From an uncultured Actinomycetes bacterium (lineage in GTDB: Bacteria; Actinomycetota; Thermoleophilia; RBG-16-64-13), in contig CAWJDT010000001.1 in assembly GCA_963841735.1 (NCBI GenBank), forward strand, positions 896,001-960,000: a stretch of 64,000 bases of DNA. Direction: 5' to 3'. Both the position numbers and the translations under genes were made by a program. Of this stretch, positions 1 to 9,948 are shown one piece after another. How positions within the stretch are numbered: position 1 is the stretch's first letter; each line of letters starts with the position of its first letter. The notes under the pieces were generated by a model. That model saw nothing but the letters and a program-made list of their open reading frames with translations. It ran no database searches and was not told where the DNA came from.

Positions 1-86
1 TGGTCGAATTCGGCGATACCGCGCGCATATTCACCAAGCCACGCGACAAGCGCACAGAAGACTACGTTTCGGGCCGTTTCGGATAG
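1..86 (+). CDS. pstB: Phosphate ABC transporter ATP-binding protein, C-terminal fragment (runs off window)
   Basis: Frame 3 translates VEFGDTARIFTKPRDKRTEDYVSGRFG*, the characteristic PstB C-terminus; directly upstream of phoU. Confidence 0.92.
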   Translation, partial: VEFGDTARIFTKPRDKRTEDYVSGRFG

Positions 87-112
87 GCAGACCTGAAGGA
101 CGGAGAGAAGGC

Positions 113-763
113 ATGCGGGAATCGTTCCACAGAGAACTGCAGGACCTCGATGAAGCGATCATTCGTCTAGGGGCGCTCGTAGAGCGGAGCGCGCAACTGG
201 CCACGACCGCTCTCGTCGAAAGCGACAAGGAGCTGGCACAGAAGGTCCGCGATGGTGATGACGAGATCGATGCCCTCTACCTGGACATCGAGAAGCGCTC
301 TCTCACCCTGTTGGCCCAGCAGGCTCCGGTGGCCGGTGACCTGCGTCTGATCGTGGCTATTCTGCGAGTGCTCAACGACCTGGAACGGTCGGGAGACTTG
401 GCTTACAACATCGCCAAACTGGCGCAGTTAGAGGACTTCCGAGGGCCGGGTCTCAAGGATGTGCGCGCCCTGGTGGCCGAACTGGGACGAGCGGCGGCGA
501 GGCTGACCGGGGCAGCCGTCGATGCTTGGGCGGCCAAGGATGAGGTCCTGGCGGCCGACATCGCCCGACAAGACGACGCTCTGGACGAAATGCACGCCCG
601 ACTCATCGGGCAATTGGTCGAGCTCAAGGGCGAGGACAGTCTGGCTCCTGCCATTCGCTTGGCCATGATAGGTCGCTACTTCGAACGCATCGGCGACCAC
701 GCCGTTAATTTGGGCGAGAGTGTGCGCTACTTCCTCACAGGCGACGAGCAGCACCTGGGCTAG
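113..763 (+). CDS. phoU: Phosphate signalling complex protein PhoU
   Basis: Two PhoU repeats (DDEIDALY...QAPVAGDLR...DLERSGDLA; DDALD...ERIGDHAVN); follows pstB. Confidence 0.95.
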   Translation: MRESFHRELQDLDEAIIRLGALVERSAQLATTALVESDKELAQKVRDGDDEIDALYLDIEKRSLTLLAQQAPVAGDLRLIVAILRVLNDLERSGDLAYNIAKLAQLEDFRGPGLKDVRALVAELGRAAARLTGAAVDAWAAKDEVLAADIARQDDALDEMHARLIGQLVELKGEDSLAPAIRLAMIGRYFERIGDHAVNLGESVRYFLTGDEQHLG

Positions 764-817
764 AAGGCTGCCGGTCGAGCGGTGGGTGCTCGGGGGAAGC
801 CGACGCGGGCGGCGAGC

Positions 818-1642
818 CTACGACAGGATGTCTTTGCGCCGGAAGTGTAGCCAGGCGAGACCGGTAGTTGCGCCTATCCACACCGCGAAGGTGATGAGGG
901 CGTCACGGATGGGGTCCCAGGAGATGGGATCGCGGAACAGGTTGATCCAGGCCGTGAAGTGGCTGGTGAAGAGGTAGGGCCTCAAGAAGTCAAGCGCGCT
1001 CAGACTGCCAAGGATCGCCAAGATGATAACCAGCACCATGGCGCCGGCGACGGCGGTAAGGCTCGAGTTTGTGAGCGTGGAGAGAAGCAGGGCCAGCGAG
1101 ACGATGGCCGCCATCGCCACCAGGACGAAGAGGTAGGCGGCGAAGATCAGGCCGATCGCGTGGCCTATGCCGATGGGCGGGCCGCTCATGAGCACCATGG
1201 GCTTGAAACCGAAGATGGCTCCTCCTGAGATGAACGAGCCTGCGAGAAGCACCAGAAGCCCAAGGGCGATGTAGAGGTTGGCGGCCGACCATTTGGCGAA
1301 GAGCAGGGTGCCCCGCCGCACAGGCTGCATGAGGACGGTGCGCAGAGTGCCGTTCTCGGCTTCGCCCGCGATGGTCTGACTGCCCGACATGGCCGCCAGT
1401 AGAGGCAGCAGGAAGGTCGAGAGGGCGACCAGCGAGCCGAGGGCGACGTACAGGCCGTTGGATGCGAGCTCATTGAGGAAGAACGCCCCGCCCTCCTCGC
1501 CTCCGCTTGGCTGTCCATGGGGGCTGGTGGCAAGGCGCATGGCGATGCTGAACAAGAACGGCACTACGAAGAGGCCGGCCAAGCCGAGGTAGGTGCGCTT
1601 CTGGAAGCGGAGTTTGACGAACTCGCGGGTTAGGTGGCTCAT
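818..1642 (-). CDS. ABC-2 type transporter permease
   Basis: Multiple TM segments, IAGEAENGTLRTVLMQPVRR motif; ATGA overlap with upstream ATPase. Confidence 0.88.
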   Translation of the reverse strand: MSHLTREFVKLRFQKRTYLGLAGLFVVPFLFSIAMRLATSPHGQPSGGEEGGAFFLNELASNGLYVALGSLVALSTFLLPLLAAMSGSQTIAGEAENGTLRTVLMQPVRRGTLLFAKWSAANLYIALGLLVLLAGSFISGGAIFGFKPMVLMSGPPIGIGHAIGLIFAAYLFVLVAMAAIVSLALLLSTLTNSSLTAVAGAMVLVIILAILGSLSALDFLRPYLFTSHFTAWINLFRDPISWDPIRDALITFAVWIGATTGLAWLHFRRKDILS

Positions 1643-2631
1643 GGCTCCTGCCCTGGTTGCCCCGGGGCGCCGGGAGAGGTGAGTTCGAGGAACATGTCCT
1701 CCAGGCTTTGCTCGCGGGCGGGGACCACGGCCAGAATGTCTACGTGATCGGCTACCAGCCTCCGTACCATCTCGGGCACTATGTCCTCGGAGGCCTCGAC
1801 CACCAGATAGTCGCCGTCCTCGGCGACCAGGGCGGGGGCCACGAGAGGGCGCAGGACCTCAAGCGCGCGGCCCTTGTCCCCGGTGAGGAACTTAACAGCG
1901 CCGCCGGCCGGACGTAGCTCCGAGACGGGTCCCTGGACCACAAGACGTCCCTTCTGCAGAATGGCGGCTTGGTCGCAGACCAGTTCGACCTCGTGCAGCA
2001 GGTGAGAAGAAAGGAACACCGTGGTGCCTTGGCGACCCAGGTCGCGGATCAACTCGCGCACGTCCTTCATGCCCTGGGGATCGAGCCCGCTGGTAGGCTC
2101 GTCGAGGATGATCAAGTCGGGATTATGGATCAAGGCCAGGGCGATGCCCAATCGCTGCCGCATGCCGTGGGAATAGCTCCCAACCTTCGACTTGCCGCGC
2201 TCGGACAGTCCCACCATCTCCAACACTTCGGTGATGCGCTCCTCGGTAACCTCGCCGTTCATGCGGCCCAAGAGGCCCAGGTTGCGCCTGGCGCTCATGC
2301 TGGCGTAGAAGGTGGGATCGTCGACGAAGCCGCCCATGTGGCGCAGGGCACTCTGCTTGTCTTCGGGGACCCGGTGCCCGAGCACCTCCACGTGACCGGC
2401 GGTGGGGTGGATGAGTCCGAAGGCTAGGCGGATGGTCGTGGTCTTGCCCGCCCCGTTGGGTCCCAAGAAGCCGAAGACGTCGCCGCGCCTCACCGATATG
2501 TCGAGGCGGTCGACCGCGCGCAGCTTCTTGAAGTCTTTGGTTAGGCCGTGGGTGGATAGCACCACCTGCCGCTCATTTGAAGCGCCTGATGGCGGAGGAA
2601 GGAGGGAGTCGTGTAGGGGTAGCTCTATCAC
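1639..2631 (-). CDS. ABC transporter ATP-binding protein (BcrA/DrrA-like)
   Basis: Walker A GPNGAGKTT, signature YSHGMRQR, Walker B IILDEPT, H-loop SSH. Confidence 0.92.
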   Translation of the reverse strand: MIELPLHDSLLPPPSGASNERQVVLSTHGLTKDFKKLRAVDRLDISVRRGDVFGFLGPNGAGKTTTIRLAFGLIHPTAGHVEVLGHRVPEDKQSALRHMGGFVDDPTFYASMSARRNLGLLGRMNGEVTEERITEVLEMVGLSERGKSKVGSYSHGMRQRLGIALALIHNPDLIILDEPTSGLDPQGMKDVRELIRDLGRQGTTVFLSSHLLHEVELVCDQAAILQKGRLVVQGPVSELRPAGGAVKFLTGDKGRALEVLRPLVAPALVAEDGDYLVVEASEDIVPEMVRRLVADHVDILAVVPAREQSLEDMFLELTSPGAPGQPGQEP

Positions 2632-2656
2632 GAATGCACTGTAGCACGCGCCAATA

Positions 2657-2681
2657 TTCAGGCGTTCAGGATTAGTTCAGG
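2657..2681. promoter_or_regulatory. Putative OmpR-family binding site (TTCAGG direct repeats)
   Basis: TTCAGG at 2657, 2665 and 2676; the last two are 11 bp apart (GTTCAGGA-N3-GTTCAGGA); lies between the ABC exporter and the divergent OmpR-family two-component system. Confidence 0.55.
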
Positions 2682-2706
2682 AAAGTGGTGCGAATATACA
2701 GCCATG

Positions 2707-2865
2707 GAGTCACACAGCATTGCTCAACCCCCCTCCTGAGCTGTGGCCCCAACCCTGTCCGGTGGATATCAAACCCAGTCCGGGAATGATATCCACCAAC
2801 GCCCACACGGCGGAGACGGCGTAAGCGGCGTTCGGCACAGCCGAACGCCGCCGCCGCCGTGTGAA
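2707..2865 (+). ncRNA. Candidate structured small RNA (three hairpins, C-rich loop)
   Basis: GCTCA-ACCCCCCTCC-TGAGC (2722-2741), GGTGGATATCA..TGATATCCACC (2761-2797), CACACGGCGG..GCGGCGTTCGGC-ACA-GCCGAACGCCGC..CCGCCGTGTG (2804-2863); strand and boundaries uncertain. Confidence 0.35.
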
Positions 2866-2938
2866 TCCTAGAATCCCCGCTCCTTTCCCGCCCTTCTCTC
2901 TTGCCCTAGCCGCACCTAGCGGCGATACTACGTTCACT

Positions 2939-3607
2939 ATGCTGGAGCCTCGCATCTTCGTTCTTGAAGACGATCCTCAGATGCGCTCCTTGCTCGTTCG
3001 CGGCTTGCGCGAGGAGGGCTATGAGGTGCAGGGCTTCGCTACGGGCTCGGAGCTGCTACGCAAGGTGGGCGAAGTCGCCCCCGATCTTTTTGTCATCGAC
3101 ATCGGGCTGCCCGACACCGACGGCCGTGACGTCTGCCAGGCCATCCGGGCGCAGGGCTTGAGCGCTCCGGTACTGTTCCTGACGGCCCGCGACTCCCTGT
3201 CCGACCGGCTTTCCGGTTTCAACGTGGGGGGAGACGATTATCTCAGCAAGCCTTTCGCTTTTGCGGAGCTTCTGGCCAGGCTCGAGGCGCTCATCCGCCG
3301 GAGTGGCACCGAACGGAGCATGGAAGTTGCCGGGCTAAGCCTCAACCCGGCTAAGCACGCGGTCACCTGCGGCAATGTGACAGTGCCTCTTACCCCCACC
3401 GAGTTCCGGGTGCTGGCCAAGCTGGCCTCGGCCCCTGGGGAAGCCATCCGGCGCAAGGTCTTGGTCGAGACCGGGTGGTCGCACGGGGCGGTTGTCTATG
3501 ACAACAGCCTGGACGCTTACATCGCTCGCCTGCGTCGCAAGGTCTGCGCTCTTCCCGGCGCCCCCCAGATAGTCACGGTGCGCGGCGTGGGGTACGCCCT
3601 GAAATGA
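2939..3607 (+). CDS. OmpR/PhoB-family response regulator (MprA/CusR-like)
   Basis: REC motifs LEDD, IDIGLP, FLTARD, SKPF; wHTH ending IVTVRGVGY; start chosen at MLEPRIF rather than 2861. Confidence 0.93.
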   Translation: MLEPRIFVLEDDPQMRSLLVRGLREEGYEVQGFATGSELLRKVGEVAPDLFVIDIGLPDTDGRDVCQAIRAQGLSAPVLFLTARDSLSDRLSGFNVGGDDYLSKPFAFAELLARLEALIRRSGTERSMEVAGLSLNPAKHAVTCGNVTVPLTPTEFRVLAKLASAPGEAIRRKVLVETGWSHGAVVYDNSLDAYIARLRRKVCALPGAPQIVTVRGVGYALK

Positions 3608-4989
3608 TCAAACGATGGTTCTCTCGGGTGGGAGTCCGCGCCCGCCTCTTGTTTGCCATCTTGATCACTGTTGCGGTCGCCCTGATAACGATGACCGTGG
3701 CCTTCAACATCCTGCTGAGCGCTCTGCTCACGTCGGATATTGACGACCGTCTCACGACCATGGCCTTCGAGGCCAGCGGCACGATCAGCATAGTGGGCGG
3801 CTCCGTGAGCCTTCCCCGCCCGTCGGGGGATATCAAGGAATGGGGATCCCAGGTGTGGGTGTTTGTGGGCGGAAAGACCTTCAGTTCTCCGGATGTCAAC
3901 GCCGTCATCGGCGACGCGGCCCGGGCTCTGCGCAACACCGTGCAGTCCGACGGTCAGGCCCGGTTCGCTAACGTTCCCGACGAAGAGGTGCGTCTGTTCG
4001 GCGTCGCGCTCTGGAACAACGACAAGACCACACGCATCGGCACCATCGTGACCGGCATGGACATGGCTTCGTACGGCCGGACCCAGAGGATGGCCCTGGT
4101 CGGCACAATCGCGTTCACCGCTCTGCTTCTGATAGTGGTGGGTTTCGTCGGACGCTGGGCCCTCAACGCCGCTTTCCGACCGGTCTCGAAGATGACTACC
4201 GAAGCCGAGGCCTGGAGTACCACCGACCTCGACCAGCGCTTCGAGATGGGTGACCCTCACGATGAGGTGACCCATCTGGCCCGTACGCTCGACGGCATGC
4301 TGGACCGGCTCGCGGCCAGTCTGCGTCGTGAACGGCGCTTCTCCGCCGAGGTCTCTCATCAACTGCGCACTCCGGTGGCCAAGATCAAAGCGGAGGCCGA
4401 ACTGGCACTTCGTCGGCAACGCGAGCCCGCCTACTACCAGGAGGCGCTGGCCTCGGTGCTGCACAGCGCCGATCAGATGGCCCGGACGGTCGAGACCCTG
4501 TTGGCCGCGGCGCAGGAGGAGGGGACTTTGGCGCGAGGCCGGGCCGACGCGGGCAAGGTGATGGAAGACGTGGCCAAAGGCGTGGCAGTCCTTGCCGCGG
4601 GGAGGCAGGTCCAGGTGCATTCCGAGCGGCCGGTGCGCGAGCTTCGCGTGGGGGTGGGAGACGATATCGCCGCTCAGATCATCCAGCCGGTGGTGGAGAA
4701 TGCCTGTCGGTTCGCTAAGAGCGAGGTCATTCTGAATGTGTTTCGAAAGGGCAAGGAGATCCACTTCGTCGTGGAGGACGATGGCCCGGGTGTGGACGAA
4801 GACGAGAAGGACAAGATCTTCGAGCCCGGAGTGCGCGGTTCGGCCGCACTCAACGGGTCCGACGGCCCGCGCGGGGCGGGACTGGGCCTGTCACTGGCCC
4901 GCAGGCTGGCCCGCGCGGCCTCCGGCGACGTGGTGGTGGAACTCCCCCAAAGCGGGGCGAGGTTCGTGATCCACATGCCGAGCGGCTAG
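3604..4989 (+). CDS. HAMP-domain sensor histidine kinase
   Basis: Two TMs, HAMP, H-box EVSHQLRTP, N-box ENACRF, G1 DDGPG, G2 GAGLGL; ATGA-coupled to the regulator. Confidence 0.93.
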   Translation: MIKRWFSRVGVRARLLFAILITVAVALITMTVAFNILLSALLTSDIDDRLTTMAFEASGTISIVGGSVSLPRPSGDIKEWGSQVWVFVGGKTFSSPDVNAVIGDAARALRNTVQSDGQARFANVPDEEVRLFGVALWNNDKTTRIGTIVTGMDMASYGRTQRMALVGTIAFTALLLIVVGFVGRWALNAAFRPVSKMTTEAEAWSTTDLDQRFEMGDPHDEVTHLARTLDGMLDRLAASLRRERRFSAEVSHQLRTPVAKIKAEAELALRRQREPAYYQEALASVLHSADQMARTVETLLAAAQEEGTLARGRADAGKVMEDVAKGVAVLAAGRQVQVHSERPVRELRVGVGDDIAAQIIQPVVENACRFAKSEVILNVFRKGKEIHFVVEDDGPGVDEDEKDKIFEPGVRGSAALNGSDGPRGAGLGLSLARRLARAASGDVVVELPQSGARFVIHMPSG

Positions 4990-5048
4990 GGCCGGCGCTC
5001 TCGAGTCGCCGCTTCCGAGTCGCCCATCCGGCCCGGCGCTACCGGGTG

Positions 5049-7613
5049 CTAGCTGTACCAGAGTATGTGGCGCGCCTCAAGAGGGACCCGGGCGTATGCG
5101 TTTTCCGGCACTATCCGGGGAGTGTAGTCGGTGGCCGGGCGGGTGGCCGGCACCGCGACCTGGTAGACCAGTGGGCCGGAGGAGCCACCGTTTGTGGCGG
5201 TGGGTTTCTGGGGAGCGGCGGCGAAGAGGTGCCGTTCGGGTGCACCGTCGCGCAGGGCCTCGGCGTAGAGTTCCACCCTTACCGCCTCAGGCGGCATGTT
5301 CCCCAGCAAGACCTCGAGCTTGAAGGAGTGCCCGGGTCCCATGGGGTCGGTGCCGGCTTCGACCACAAGCTCCCCAAAGCCGATGCCCGCCCAGTGTTGG
5401 TCCAGAAGGGCCTTCCAAGTCTCGATACCGGCAGCGCTCGCGGGCGCACCAGAGGCGTCCGCCGCCATGCGCTCCCGATACGCCGCTGCCCCCGGCAGGT
5501 AGTAGCGCTCCAGGTAGTCCTCCATCATGCGGTTGGTCGAGAACTGCGGGGCCAGGCGGGCCATGCTCTCACGCACCCGGGCCATCCAGCGACGGGGGAT
5601 GCCCTGCTCGTCGCGGTCGTAGAACTCAGGGATGATCTCGTTCTCGAGCAGGTCGTACAGCCGTTCGGCTTCGGCGGCGTCCCAGGCTGGATCGGACCCA
5701 TGCTCCAGCCCGTCGCCAAGGGCCCAACCCACGTCAGGAGCGTAAGCCTCGGCCCACCATCCGTCGAGTTCCGACAGGTTCAATCCGCCGTTGACCAAGA
5801 TCTTCATGCCGCTTGTGCCACTCGCCTCCCAGGGCCGCCGAGGAGTGTTGAGCCACACGTCCACCCCGTGCACCAGGTGCTCGGCGATGCCCATGTCGTA
5901 GTCGACCAAGAATATGATGTGAGGTCGTATGTCGCACCGGCTGATGAACTCGCTCCACCGGCGGATCATTTCCTTACCGGCGTTGTCGGCGGGGTGGGCC
6001 TTGCCGGCCAGCACCAACTGCACCCTGCTACCCTCGCAACAAAGAAGGCGGCGCAGCCGGTCCGGATCGTAGAGGAGCAGATCGGGTCTCTTGTAGGTGG
6101 CGAACCGCCGGGCGAACCCCAGGGTCAAGACCGCCGGGTCGCACAGGCAGGTGATGTCTGAGCTGAGGCTCTCCAGGCTGCCGGCGATAGTCCCCTGTCT
6201 CTGCACGTGTTCGCGGGCTACTGTGATCAGCTTCCGGCGGTTTGCGTCACGGAACGCCCAGAGGTCCTCATCGCTGACCTGCCGGACGGGATCGCTCAGA
6301 TTATCGAGACTGCCCAGCCAGCGGTGCTTTCCGCAGACTCTGGTCCAGAGGGCGTCGGCTTCCTCGGAGTCCCAGGAAGGCACATGGACCCCGTTGGTCA
6401 CGTGTCCGACGGGCACTTCGGCGTGCGGCCATCTGGGGAAGAGGCGCTGGAAGAGACCCCGGCTCACCTCGCCGTGTAGCCGACTGACCCCGTTGATCGC
6501 TCCGCTGCCTCTGATCGCCAGGTAGGCCATGTTGAACGGGTCACCCTGGGTTGTGTCGGGGAGTCTGCCGAGGGCCAAGAGTTCCCCCAACCCGATCCCC
6601 AAGGAATCCGCGTAGCCACCCAGGTACTGCGCGACAAGCGCCGGGGCAAAACTGTCGAATCCGGCTTCCACAGGTGTATGGGTGGTGAAGAGGTTGCCGG
6701 GCCTTGTGGCTGTGAGGGCCGTGGTGAAGTCGATCCCCTTGTCTTCCATGTGACAACGCGCCCTCTCCAAGACGGCAAGGGCGGCGTGGCCCTCATTCAA
6801 GTGGCAGATCTCGGGGGCGATGCCCAAGCTGCGTAACAATCGCCACCCCCCGATTCCCAGGATCATCTCCTGCTGTAGGCGGGTCTCGCCTCGTCCTCCG
6901 TAGAGCTCGCTGGTGATACCCCGGTCGGCGGGGTTGTTCATCAGGTGGTTGGCGTCGAGCAGGTAGAGACCCACCCGGCCGGCGCGGACCTCCCACACAC
7001 GTAGACGGACGTCCCGGCGGGGGAAGGGCACCGTTACCTCCACCCATTCCCCGTCGGCGTCGCGGAGCGGGCTGATGGGCAATTGGCCCGGATCGTTGAA
7101 GGGATAGAACTCGATCTGTTCGCCGGCGGCATTGAGGGCCTGTCGGAAGTACCCTTGTTGCCAGAGTAGGCCGACGCCGGCTATGGGGACCCCCAGGTCA
7201 CTGGCCGCTTTGAGGAAGTCGCCCGCCAAGATGCCCAAGCCGCCGCTGTAGATGGGCAGAGCCTCACTGAGACCGAACTCCATGCTGAAGTAGGCGATGG
7301 TCCCAAGGGAGTTGCCCGCGTATTTCTCTTCGAACCACGGCCGGGCTTTGAGCGCCTCGTGTCTGGCGGTGACATGATGGTCCACCAGAGCCAGGAAGGC
7401 GGGGTCGGCTGCCGCGCCCTCCAGCCGGGTCTGAGAGATGGTTTGCAGGATGTGCCAAGGATTACCGGTGACTTCCCAGAGGTCGGGCGCCAACTGCTTC
7501 CACAGCTCATCGGCGGAATGGCTCCACGACCAGCGTAGGTCGAGGGCCAGATCGATAAGCCCGGCCAGCGGAGCCGGGACGTAGGGCAAGGAGCGACGAG
7601 GTTGGGCGGTCAT
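5049..7613 (-). CDS. glgP: Alpha-glucan (glycogen/maltodextrin) phosphorylase
   Basis: YFSMEFGL, YSGGLGILAGD, HLNEGH, ARRFATYKR, PLP site EASGTSGMK; start at MTAQ behind GGAGG. Confidence 0.96.
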   Translation of the reverse strand: MTAQPRRSLPYVPAPLAGLIDLALDLRWSWSHSADELWKQLAPDLWEVTGNPWHILQTISQTRLEGAAADPAFLALVDHHVTARHEALKARPWFEEKYAGNSLGTIAYFSMEFGLSEALPIYSGGLGILAGDFLKAASDLGVPIAGVGLLWQQGYFRQALNAAGEQIEFYPFNDPGQLPISPLRDADGEWVEVTVPFPRRDVRLRVWEVRAGRVGLYLLDANHLMNNPADRGITSELYGGRGETRLQQEMILGIGGWRLLRSLGIAPEICHLNEGHAALAVLERARCHMEDKGIDFTTALTATRPGNLFTTHTPVEAGFDSFAPALVAQYLGGYADSLGIGLGELLALGRLPDTTQGDPFNMAYLAIRGSGAINGVSRLHGEVSRGLFQRLFPRWPHAEVPVGHVTNGVHVPSWDSEEADALWTRVCGKHRWLGSLDNLSDPVRQVSDEDLWAFRDANRRKLITVAREHVQRQGTIAGSLESLSSDITCLCDPAVLTLGFARRFATYKRPDLLLYDPDRLRRLLCCEGSRVQLVLAGKAHPADNAGKEMIRRWSEFISRCDIRPHIIFLVDYDMGIAEHLVHGVDVWLNTPRRPWEASGTSGMKILVNGGLNLSELDGWWAEAYAPDVGWALGDGLEHGSDPAWDAAEAERLYDLLENEIIPEFYDRDEQGIPRRWMARVRESMARLAPQFSTNRMMEDYLERYYLPGAAAYRERMAADASGAPASAAGIETWKALLDQHWAGIGFGELVVEAGTDPMGPGHSFKLEVLLGNMPPEAVRVELYAEALRDGAPERHLFAAAPQKPTATNGGSSGPLVYQVAVPATRPATDYTPRIVPENAYARVPLEARHILWYS

Positions 7614-7701
7614 CGGGCACCTCCACAGCGGCACGTTTCTGGGAGCCGGCGTCCTGCTGACGATCGTCTCACGCCCGCTCCCGTGAGCTAGACTCATATC
7701 G

Positions 7702-9948
7702 ATGGTAACTCACAACCGGCATCCTCGTTGTTCTGACGGGCTCCTGGCGGAGCTGGCGGCCCTGTGGGGCGTGCAGACCGGCTATCGCGATGCGCGTTCG
7801 CGGTGGCGGGAATCACCTCCGGAGGTCGTGCGGCAGGTGCTGGAGGCTCTGGGAGCTGGCTACGGCGAGCGGCTGGGCGCTGGATCGGCCGCGGGGCTCG
7901 GCGGCGCGAGGGCCGAGCGCGGTATGGCGCGTGCGCTGGCGCTGAAGAAGGCGGAACTGGCCGGGCGCTTGATCGAGCCGGTAGTGGTCGCGTGGGAAGG
8001 GGTGCTGCCGCCGGTCGCCGGACCGCGCGGAGCACAAGGCCCGGCGGGTGTCGGCGATGGACGACCCATGAGGCTGACCCTGCTGTTCGAAGAAGGGGGA
8101 GAAGAGCGCTGGGAGGCCGGCCGGCCGGGGCCCCGCGCTGGGCGGGGCGGACCGCGCGGCGACGTAGTCCACCGGTGCCGCGTGCCCTTTGGCTATCACC
8201 GGCTGCGAGTGGAGACCGCGAGCGCTGAAGCCGAAGCCACCGTGATCTCGGCCCCGAGGCGGTGTTGGGCGCCCCCGCTGCCGCCGGGGGGCGCGGCCGG
8301 CGGTGCGTCGCCCAGACAGTGGGGCGTCTTCGCTCCGCTCTACGCTCTGCGCAGTGAGCGCGACTGGGGGGCTGGCGACCTGGCCGACCTGGAGCAACTA
8401 CGTGATGTGGTGGGTGCCGCGGGAGGCAGAGCGGTGGCCACTCTGCCGTTGCTGGCGACCTATCTGGATCGTCCCTTCGAGCCCTGTCCGTACAGCCCGG
8501 TGAGCCGCATGTTTTGGAGCGAGTTCTACCTTGCGGTGGACCGGATCCCGGAATGGGATGAATGCCCGGCGGTGCGGCTGATCGGAGGCACGGGCGGCGT
8601 CGGAGACCCGGTGAGCCCGCTCCGTGCGGAGCCCCTGGTGCAATACCGGGAGGTCATGGCGCTGAAGAGGCGGGCGCTCGAGGAGTTGTGCCGTCACTTC
8701 TTTGCTCACGCCGGTTCGCGGAGGCGGGAGGCGTTGGCCTCGTATCTGCGATCCCGGCCGGAGGCGCTTGAATACGCGGCCTTTCGCGCGCGGGTGGAGT
8801 CGTTGGGCGAAGACTGGCGGAGCTGGCCAGAGGCCGAGACGGGCGCCGTGATGACACCGCGGCCGCTCTCTGCGATGTCGGAGGCGGAGCGTTATCACCT
8901 GTTCTGCCAGTGGCAGATGGACGAACAGCTCGCTCACCTGGCCGGGGACTCGGTTGTTCGATCGGGCGGGGACGAGAGCTGCGCCGCGCTTGGCCGTCCC
9001 GGCCTACTGCTCGATCTTCCTGTGGGCGTGCACGCGGGCGGGTTTGACACCTGGAAGTGGAGGGACCTGTTTGTCGACTCAATGTCCACCGGGGCGCCGC
9101 CGGATGCGTTCTTCGCTCGGGGACAAGACTGGGCCTCACCACCCCTGCATCCCCAGCGTATCCGGGAACAGGGCCATCGCTACTATGCGCGCTGCCTCCA
9201 GGAGCACATGCGCCACGCCGGCTACCTGCGCGTCGATCACGTGATGTCGCTACACAGGCTGTTCTGGGTGCCCGCCGGCCGGGAGCCCGCCGACGGAGCA
9301 TACGTGAGCTACCCAGCGGAGGAGCTGTATGCGGCGCTCTGCCTCGAATCTTGGCGTCATAACACGGTGGTGGTAGGAGAGGACCTGGGCACCGTCCCGG
9401 CCGGCGTGCGGGCCGCGATGCGCCGGCACCAGGTGTTGGGCACGTGGGTGTTCCAGAGTTCCCTGAAGCCGCGGGCTGCCTTTCCCGTTGGCGCGGTGCC
9501 GCACCATGTGGTGGCCGCTCTGGGAACGCACGACATGTTCCCGTTCGCGGGCTTTCTCCGCGGCGATGATATCGGCGCCCGCGTGGAGACCGGCCAACTG
9601 GGTCAAGCGGGGGCGCGTCGTGAAGCGGAGGCCCGGCGGAAGCTGATGGTGAGGTTGGCTGATTCCTTGCAGGCACGGCGACGTGCTGCCGGCTCTGCGG
9701 CGCCGGGTGACTACTTATCTCCACCGGCTGCGGTGCTGGAGCACGCCGCGCCCGGCGCGCTGCTGCGGAATGCCGTCACCTACCTGTGGGACAGCCCAGC
9801 AGCGTTGGTGCTGGTGAACATCGAGGACCTGCTTCTCGAGACCTGCCCGCAGAACCTACCGGGGACGGACTCTTCTCGGGGTAACTGGAGGCGCAAGATG
9901 GCGACGACCGTAGCCGGTCTCGAACAGGTGGTCTCCTCTTTGCCCTAG
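7702..9948 (+). CDS. malQ: 4-alpha-glucanotransferase (GH77)
   Basis: WGVFAPLYALRS, PYSPVSR, DLPVG, GAPPD, RVDH, GEDLG, THDM, QNLPGT; start uncertain. Confidence 0.94.
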   Translation: MVTHNRHPRCSDGLLAELAALWGVQTGYRDARSRWRESPPEVVRQVLEALGAGYGERLGAGSAAGLGGARAERGMARALALKKAELAGRLIEPVVVAWEGVLPPVAGPRGAQGPAGVGDGRPMRLTLLFEEGGEERWEAGRPGPRAGRGGPRGDVVHRCRVPFGYHRLRVETASAEAEATVISAPRRCWAPPLPPGGAAGGASPRQWGVFAPLYALRSERDWGAGDLADLEQLRDVVGAAGGRAVATLPLLATYLDRPFEPCPYSPVSRMFWSEFYLAVDRIPEWDECPAVRLIGGTGGVGDPVSPLRAEPLVQYREVMALKRRALEELCRHFFAHAGSRRREALASYLRSRPEALEYAAFRARVESLGEDWRSWPEAETGAVMTPRPLSAMSEAERYHLFCQWQMDEQLAHLAGDSVVRSGGDESCAALGRPGLLLDLPVGVHAGGFDTWKWRDLFVDSMSTGAPPDAFFARGQDWASPPLHPQRIREQGHRYYARCLQEHMRHAGYLRVDHVMSLHRLFWVPAGREPADGAYVSYPAEELYAALCLESWRHNTVVVGEDLGTVPAGVRAAMRRHQVLGTWVFQSSLKPRAAFPVGAVPHHVVAALGTHDMFPFAGFLRGDDIGARVETGQLGQAGARREAEARRKLMVRLADSLQARRRAAGSAAPGDYLSPPAAVLEHAAPGALLRNAVTYLWDSPAALVLVNIEDLLLETCPQNLPGTDSSRGNWRRKMATTVAGLEQVVSSLP

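Noticed and set aside
2710-2955. 81-aa minus-strand ORF in the two-component spacer
   Set aside because: Overlaps the regulator start, runs through GC hairpins, no recognisable domain
5046-6161. 371-aa plus-strand ORF, and similar long shadows at 3517-4764, 11647-12945, 34923-35954 and 57054-58511
   Set aside because: Antisense to well-supported genes, no motifs; expected in high-GC DNA
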